Origin: an uncultured Janthinobacterium sp.
GTDB taxonomy: Bacteria; Vulcanimicrobiota; Vulcanimicrobiia; Vulcanimicrobiales; Vulcanimicrobiaceae
Reading direction: 5' to 3'
Length of the DNA: 21,623 bases
NCBI GenBank assembly: GCA_964658025.1
Contig: CAZZXB010000042.1
Location: 1-21,623, forward strand
Each line of letters opens with the position of its first letter. The stretch's first letter is position 1. The translations under genes and the position numbers were made by a program. Positions 16,992-21,623 of the stretch are shown piece after piece. Under the pieces are notes generated by a model. That model worked only from the letters and a program-made list of their open reading frames with translations, was not told the DNA's origin and made no database searches.

Positions 16992-18299
16992 GTGAAACGA
17001 CTCGTTTCGCGCGTCATCGCCCTGTTGGCGACGGCCGCGTTCGGGATCGTGGCCTTCGCGGCTTCGGCGATCTCGCCGGTCCGCGCTCAGACGCCGGCGC
17101 CCGATTTCGGTACGCCGCCGTCCGGTGAAGTCCCGATCCTTTATAATGACCAGCACGTCTACTCGAAACCCGACCGCCTGAAAAAGGGTCGTGTCCTGGC
17201 CGCATTGGTACGCGGGAAGACGATCCTTGTTCCGCTGCGCTCGATGTTCGAACAGATGGGTGCCACGGTCTCGTACAACGCGTCGACGAAGACCGTCGAC
17301 GTCTCCAAGCCCGGCGCCGACGTTCAGGTAACGGTCGGTAAGCCGGAAGTGTCGATCAACGGCGAGAGCCGTCCGCTCGACGTCCCTCCCGAGATCTACA
17401 AGGGCTCGCTCGTCGTGCCGTTGCGCGTGATCTCGGAAGGCATGGGTGCCTACGTCCTCTGGGTCGCCGACAAGCGCCTCGTCGTCGTTCGTTACCTCCC
17501 GGTTCAGCCGTCCCCGCCGCCCACGGCTCCGCCGGTGGTCGCGACGCCCGCTCCGGTTCCGACCGCCACCCCGACTCCGACTCCGAAGGCCACCGCCGGC
17601 GCGCAGTTCTTCGTCGCCGCCGACGCGCTCTTCGATCCCAAGGTCTACAACGAGTTCTCGCCCGGTAACAAGGGCGGCGTCAGCGGCGCGGGCCGTATCG
17701 GCGTGACCTTCAGCCTGGGCGATCTCGCCCTCATGGCGGAAGGCGATCTCCGTCAGTACCGCTACCCGCATCGTTCGAGCGCCGGAGCCACGACGCTCGA
17801 CCCGACCACGATCAGCTGCGTCGGCTCCGCCGAACCCGGCTGCGTCGCCACGGTCGGACCGGCTGCCGGTTCCGCGTTCGTGCCGTCGTTCGACGCTCGC
17901 GACACGGAAGCCGACGGACGCTTCGGGATCGGCGTCGCCAACCCGAAGATCTTCCTCGCGGTCAGCTATCTGGAACGTTACAACAACTACGGATATCCCC
18001 GCCAGAAAGGCTTCGGCGGCGGTGTCGAAAAGCTGGCGAACTTCGACCAGCCGATCGACATCTACGGAAGCGTCTACTACTATCCGTCGATCAGCGGTGA
18101 TTACACCGACATCTTCGGACAGTCGCAGCAGCTTCAGTATCGCCTGCTCCACTATCAGGCAGGTCTCGCGATCAAGGTTCCGAGCACGCCGCTCTTCCTC
18201 GATCTCGGTTACCTCGGCGATAAGGGTAGCGCGAAACAGAACGCTCCCAGCGGATTCTCCGAAAACTCGTTTTACGGCGGTCTCGGACTCCACTTCTAG
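16992..18299 (+). CDS. Secreted protein: copper amine oxidase N-terminal ('stalk') domain + Pro/Thr linker + putative outer-membrane beta-barrel (paralog 1)
   Basis: Signal peptide; ILVPLR...GATVSY and LVVPLRVISE.MGA.V.W stalk repeats; PSPPPTAPP linker; Gly/Tyr/Phe-rich amphipathic strands; C-terminus YGGLGLHF. Confidence 0.85.
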   Translation: MKRLVSRVIALLATAAFGIVAFAASAISPVRAQTPAPDFGTPPSGEVPILYNDQHVYSKPDRLKKGRVLAALVRGKTILVPLRSMFEQMGATVSYNASTKTVDVSKPGADVQVTVGKPEVSINGESRPLDVPPEIYKGSLVVPLRVISEGMGAYVLWVADKRLVVVRYLPVQPSPPPTAPPVVATPAPVPTATPTPTPKATAGAQFFVAADALFDPKVYNEFSPGNKGGVSGAGRIGVTFSLGDLALMAEGDLRQYRYPHRSSAGATTLDPTTISCVGSAEPGCVATVGPAAGSAFVPSFDARDTEADGRFGIGVANPKIFLAVSYLERYNNYGYPRQKGFGGGVEKLANFDQPIDIYGSVYYYPSISGDYTDIFGQSQQLQYRLLHYQAGLAIKVPSTPLFLDLGYLGDKGSAKQNAPSGFSENSFYGGLGLHF

Positions 18300-18327
18300 G
18301 AACCGATCCGTCTAGAACGATCGATCG

Positions 18328-18362
18328 GAACGCGCCCTCCGCAGTACGCGGAGGGCGCGTTC
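18328..18362 (+). terminator. Perfect 15-bp stem-loop after paralog 1
   Basis: GAACGCGCCCTCCGC-agtac-GCGGAGGGCGCGTTC followed by a weak U-tract (tgctatcgttt). Confidence 0.7.
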
Positions 18363-18371
18363 TGCTATCGT
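18363..18371 (+). promoter_or_regulatory. Possible extended -10 promoter for paralog 2
   Basis: TG-c-TATCGT fits TGnTAnnnT, about 100 nt upstream of the TTG start. Confidence 0.35.
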
Positions 18372-18470
18372 TTCACATGAGTGCGCCGTCACGATCCGAG
18401 GCGCGGAACGACTCCGATATTCTCCTCGATCCGTCTCCCCGGAAGAAATCTCACCCGCTTGGAGGATGCA

Positions 18471-19814
18471 TTGAAACGACTGAGCACCGCCGTACTCGCG
18501 GTGTCGTTCGCCGTACTGTTCAGCCTCGTCTCGACGCGTGTTCCGGCCGTCGCGAGCGGCTCGTCGCAGGTCGCTCAGGCCGCTGCGACGTCGCCCGCTC
18601 CCGATTTCGGAAATCCGCCGTCGGGCGAAGTTCCGATCTTGTTCAACGACCACCACGTCTATTCGAAGCCCGATCGCCTCAAAGCCGGTCGCGTGCTCGC
18701 CGCCCTCGTGCGCGGCAAAACGATCTTGGTCCCGCTCCGCTCCGTTTTCGAGCAGATGGGCGCGACGGTCTCGTTCGACGCTTCGACGAAGGCCGTCGAC
18801 GTCAGCAAACCCGGCGCCGACGTGAAGGTCACGGTCGGAAAACCGGAAGTCTCGATCAACGGCGAGAGCCGTCCGCTCGACGTGCCGCCGGAGATCTATA
18901 AGGGCACGCTCGTCGTCCCGCTCCGCGTCATCTCCGAAGGGATGGGCGCGTACGTCCTGTGGGTCGCCGACAAGCGCCTCGTCGTCGTCCGCTACGTCCC
19001 GGTCGGGCCGCCGTCACCGCCGCCGAGCCCGGAACCGACGGCCGCGCCCGCCGCTCCGTCGCCGACCGCCGCGCCTTCGGCGACGCCCGCTCCCGTGGTC
19101 AAACACTACGAGCGCTTCATCGTCGGCGACTACCTCGTGAGCCCCAACGTCTACAACGAGTTCAACGCGGGTCAGAACGACAAGCCGTCGTTCCGCGCGA
19201 ACGCGGCGTTCGAGTTCCCGCTGCTCAACCTGCCCTGGATGATCGAGGGCGATTTCCGCAGTTTCCGCTACACGCATCGCGGCGACGGTCTCGCCACGAG
19301 CCAAGCGGGATGCTCGCCGAATACCGCGTCGAGCGCGAGTTGCGTCACGGCGATCGGCAAGCAAGGATCGGCCTACGTGCCGTCGTTCGACGCACGCGAG
19401 GACGACGTCGACGCGCGCTTCGCGCTGAAGATCGCCGATCCGCGCATCTACGTCGGCGTCGGCTACGAGTTCCGCAACACGAACTACGAAGGCGGCGCGT
19501 TTCCCACGCAACAGCACGGGCTCGGATTCGGTGCCGAAAAGCTCCCCGATCTCGATCGCGCGCTCTCGCTCTACGGATCGATCTACTACTATCCGCTCGT
19601 GCGCACGAACGGTTCCCAGAACCTCGGCGACGGAACGTTCGGCGAAGTGCAGTACCGGTACCTCAAGTACAACGTCGGACTCAGTTTGAGTCTGGGCTCG
19701 AGCCCGATCTTCTTGGAGGGCGGATACCTCGGCGACCGGGGCTACGTGAAGCAAAACGCATCGAGCGACTTCACGCACGACGGTCCGTACGCAGGTCTCG
19801 GAATTCACTTCTGA
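18471..19814 (+). CDS. Secreted protein: stalk domain + Pro/Ala linker + putative outer-membrane beta-barrel (paralog 2)
   Basis: TTG at 18471 after GGAGG (18461-18465), starting MKRLST like paralog 1 (MKRLVS); same architecture; C-terminus YAGLGIHF; 447 aa. Confidence 0.85.
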   Translation: MKRLSTAVLAVSFAVLFSLVSTRVPAVASGSSQVAQAAATSPAPDFGNPPSGEVPILFNDHHVYSKPDRLKAGRVLAALVRGKTILVPLRSVFEQMGATVSFDASTKAVDVSKPGADVKVTVGKPEVSINGESRPLDVPPEIYKGTLVVPLRVISEGMGAYVLWVADKRLVVVRYVPVGPPSPPPSPEPTAAPAAPSPTAAPSATPAPVVKHYERFIVGDYLVSPNVYNEFNAGQNDKPSFRANAAFEFPLLNLPWMIEGDFRSFRYTHRGDGLATSQAGCSPNTASSASCVTAIGKQGSAYVPSFDAREDDVDARFALKIADPRIYVGVGYEFRNTNYEGGAFPTQQHGLGFGAEKLPDLDRALSLYGSIYYYPLVRTNGSQNLGDGTFGEVQYRYLKYNVGLSLSLGSSPIFLEGGYLGDRGYVKQNASSDFTHDGPYAGLGIHF

Positions 19815-19839
19815 CGTTCGCGATCGCGTCGTCGGATCG

Positions 19840-19868
19840 AAAAGCCCCCGCAGGTGCGGGGGCTTTTT
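19840..19868. terminator. Bidirectional intrinsic terminator
   Basis: AAAAGCCCCCGC-aggt-GCGGGGGCTTTTT between convergent genes, with a U-tract on both strands. Confidence 0.9.
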
Positions 19869-19925
19869 GCTACGTCGGCCGTGCGTGCGAGGGTGCCGCG
19901 CGCGCGTCGCCGTCGCGACGAGCGA

Positions 19926-20570
19926 TTAGCGATTCGGTGCGGGCGATGCCTGCGGGTTTTGCGCGGTGAAATCGGACGGATATTTCGGCCCGAAATCCGA
20001 TGCGTAACTCCCGGGCGCGGGCGTCGCGGGCCCGGGCGGCGGAATCGCGGCGAGATGCTCGACCGCGACCGTCTTTTTCAGTTGGCGCGATTGCGGAGAT
20101 TTGGCGAAATCGGAGAACATCCACAGCGCGACGACGTGCGCGCGATCGCGCGACGGCTGCGTCAACAGCTTCGTGTACAACCGTTGCAAGTAGAAGACGG
20201 CCCGCGGGAGTTGGTCGTCGTGCGGGTACTTCTTCTCCCAGTCGCGGATCGATTTTTCGGCCATCTGCGCGCTGTTATAGGATTGCGGCCCGATCTCGTG
20301 ATTGTAATCGTAGCGCAGGCCGACGTCGCGGATCGTGTTGCGGATCCCGATGATGCTGAGCTTGAGCGGACCGAAATATTCGTCGGCCGGGGCGAGTTCG
20401 CGGACCGCCGCGAGACGCGCGGCCTCTTTCTGTGCGGCGGTGAGGTGCGGACGCTGGGCCGAGACCGCCGGCTTCTTCTGCACGGCGGCGACCGTCGTCG
20501 TCGCGGCGACGCCCGCGTCCGGAGAGGACGCGACCGTAAGTGCAGCGACAATTCCGATGAATCGCTTCAC
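19926..20570 (-). CDS. Secreted hypothetical protein with a helical TPR-like core
   Basis: GTG at 20570 after GAAGGGA (MKRFIGIVAALTVA); core LAPADEYFGPLKLSIIGIRN...IRDWEKKYPHDDQLPRAVFYLQRLY; Pro-rich tail; 214 aa. Confidence 0.75.
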   Translation of the reverse strand: MKRFIGIVAALTVASSPDAGVAATTTVAAVQKKPAVSAQRPHLTAAQKEAARLAAVRELAPADEYFGPLKLSIIGIRNTIRDVGLRYDYNHEIGPQSYNSAQMAEKSIRDWEKKYPHDDQLPRAVFYLQRLYTKLLTQPSRDRAHVVALWMFSDFAKSPQSRQLKKTVAVEHLAAIPPPGPATPAPGSYASDFGPKYPSDFTAQNPQASPAPNR

Positions 20571-20627
20571 GTTGATATCCCTTCGATGTGATCCCGTCGG
20601 CTTAGGGACTTTGGAGACAACTTTTCC

Positions 20628-21623
20628 GTGACGCCCCCCCAAATACCCGTCGCATGCGTGCAGCTGCGAGCGCACGACCGCGACGACTTCGCGACCGCCT
20701 GGGAACGCGCGAAAGGTCTCGTCGCCGAGGCCGCGCGCGCCGGCGCGAAGCTCGTCGTCCTCCCCGAAGGGACCGTTCCCGCCTACGTTCTGGGCGAGGA
20801 ACCCGTCGATCCCGAAGTGCTCGAAGCGGTCGCGCGAGACGTCGGCGATCTCGCGCGCGCGCACGCGACGACGATCGTCTACGGTTCCGCGAAAATCGTA
20901 CGCGACCGAACCTTTAACGCGGCGATCGCGGTCGGTCCCGACGGCTCCGAACTCGGATTCGCGGCGAAGCAGTTTCTCTGGCACTTCGATCGCCGCTGGT
21001 TCTCGCCGGGAGAGACGCTCGAGCCGATCGACACGCCCGCGGGCCGCTTGGGATTACTCGTGTGCGCCGACGGACGGATTCCCACGATCGCCGCGACCCT
21101 GTGCGAACGCGGCGCCGAACTGCTCGTCATGCCGACCGCGTGGGTGACGAGCGGTCGCGACCCGCGATCGTTCGAGAACGCACAGGCCGATCTCATGGCG
21201 GCCGTGCGCGCGCGAGAGAACGACGTACCGTTCGTCGTCGCGAACAAGGTCGGGGTCGAACGCGAGAGCGTCGCGTATTGCGGCAAGAGCGCGATCTTCG
21301 ACGCGACCGGAGCCGAGCTCGCGCGCGGGAGCGAGGATCGCGAGGAACTCGTCACCGCGATCGTCCGACCGCGCGCGAGCGCGGCTCGCCACGCGCGACC
21401 GCTCGAGATTCCGTCGCTCGGCGCGACGCGCGCCGAACGCGCGCGCATCGCGTTCTCGCTCGAACGCGAGCCCGGCGCGATCGCACGACTCGCGGATCTC
21501 GCGCGCGTCGCCGACGCCGACGTCATGATCGCGCTCGGCGCCGCGCCGCACGCCGGACTTCCGATCCTCGACGCTGGCCCGGGCGCGCGCGGGACGATCG
21601 TCTCCGCCGCGGGCGTCGTCGCC
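20628..21623 (+). CDS. Carbon-nitrogen hydrolase (nitrilase superfamily), 3' end outside the window
   Basis: Manual translation from GTG 20628: VACVQL...LVVLPEG...FNAAIAVGPDG...AKQFL...GLLVCADG...MPTAW...RARENDVPFVVANKVG...GKSAIFD. Glu-Lys-Cys triad intact; frame open to the window end. Not in the ORF track. Confidence 0.9.
   Translation, partial: MTPPQIPVACVQLRAHDRDDFATAWERAKGLVAEAARAGAKLVVLPEGTVPAYVLGEEPVDPEVLEAVARDVGDLARAHATTIVYGSAKIVRDRTFNAAIAVGPDGSELGFAAKQFLWHFDRRWFSPGETLEPIDTPAGRLGLLVCADGRIPTIAATLCERGAELLVMPTAWVTSGRDPRSFENAQADLMAAVRARENDVPFVVANKVGVERESVAYCGKSAIFDATGAELARGSEDREELVTAIVRPRASAARHARPLEIPSLGATRAERARIAFSLEREPGAIARLADLARVADADVMIALGAAPHAGLPILDAGPGARGTIVSAAGVVA

Larger units (their letters stand above)
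17097..18995 (+). repeat. Diverged direct repeat: 17097-17495 and 18597-18995
   Basis: Gap-free 399-nt homologous segments offset by 1500 nt; 10 amino-acid differences in 133 codons by manual comparison, plus many third-position changes. Confidence 0.9.

Noticed and set aside
16992..19814. Calling these genes copper amine oxidases
   Set aside because: Only the small non-catalytic N-terminal domain is recognisable; the rest looks like a beta-barrel and is too short for the catalytic domain.
20634..20640. C7 tract at the start of the hydrolase gene as a phase-variation switch
   Set aside because: Short, in frame and unremarkable at this GC content.
1..21623. CRISPR array, tRNA/rRNA, IS elements, prophage or defence genes
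   Set aside because: No spaced repeats, RNA-gene signatures, transposase or integrase ORFs, or compositional break seen.

Overview
GC-rich, strongly CpG-biased, densely coding bacterial DNA from a diderm organism (TolC, beta-barrel proteins, lipoproteins). The gene repertoire looks like Vulcanimicrobiota/Eremiobacterota, but that is an inference. No mobile element, CRISPR array, tRNA or rRNA is evident. Left part: partial TPR gene, dppA-type D-aminopeptidase and pheA (+); convergent type II NADH dehydrogenase, a 45-aa membrane ORF missing from the ORF track, and an amidase-like protein (-); then an M50 protease coupled to a GT87-like glycosyltransferase (+). Centre: an 8-kb minus-strand run of efflux adaptor, TolC, a fused AhbAB/NirDL-like protein, two family-5 ABC binding lipoproteins and a monoheme cytochrome c, with no inner-membrane transporter. 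Right part: FlK-type thioesterase, CrtD-like desaturase, two tandem 'stalk domain + Pro linker + beta-barrel' paralogs, a convergent secreted TPR-like protein and a partial carbon-nitrogen hydrolase. The best candidate for an undescribed system is the tandem stalk/beta-barrel pair, a possible OmpM-analogous outer-membrane tether with constant N-termini and variable barrels.
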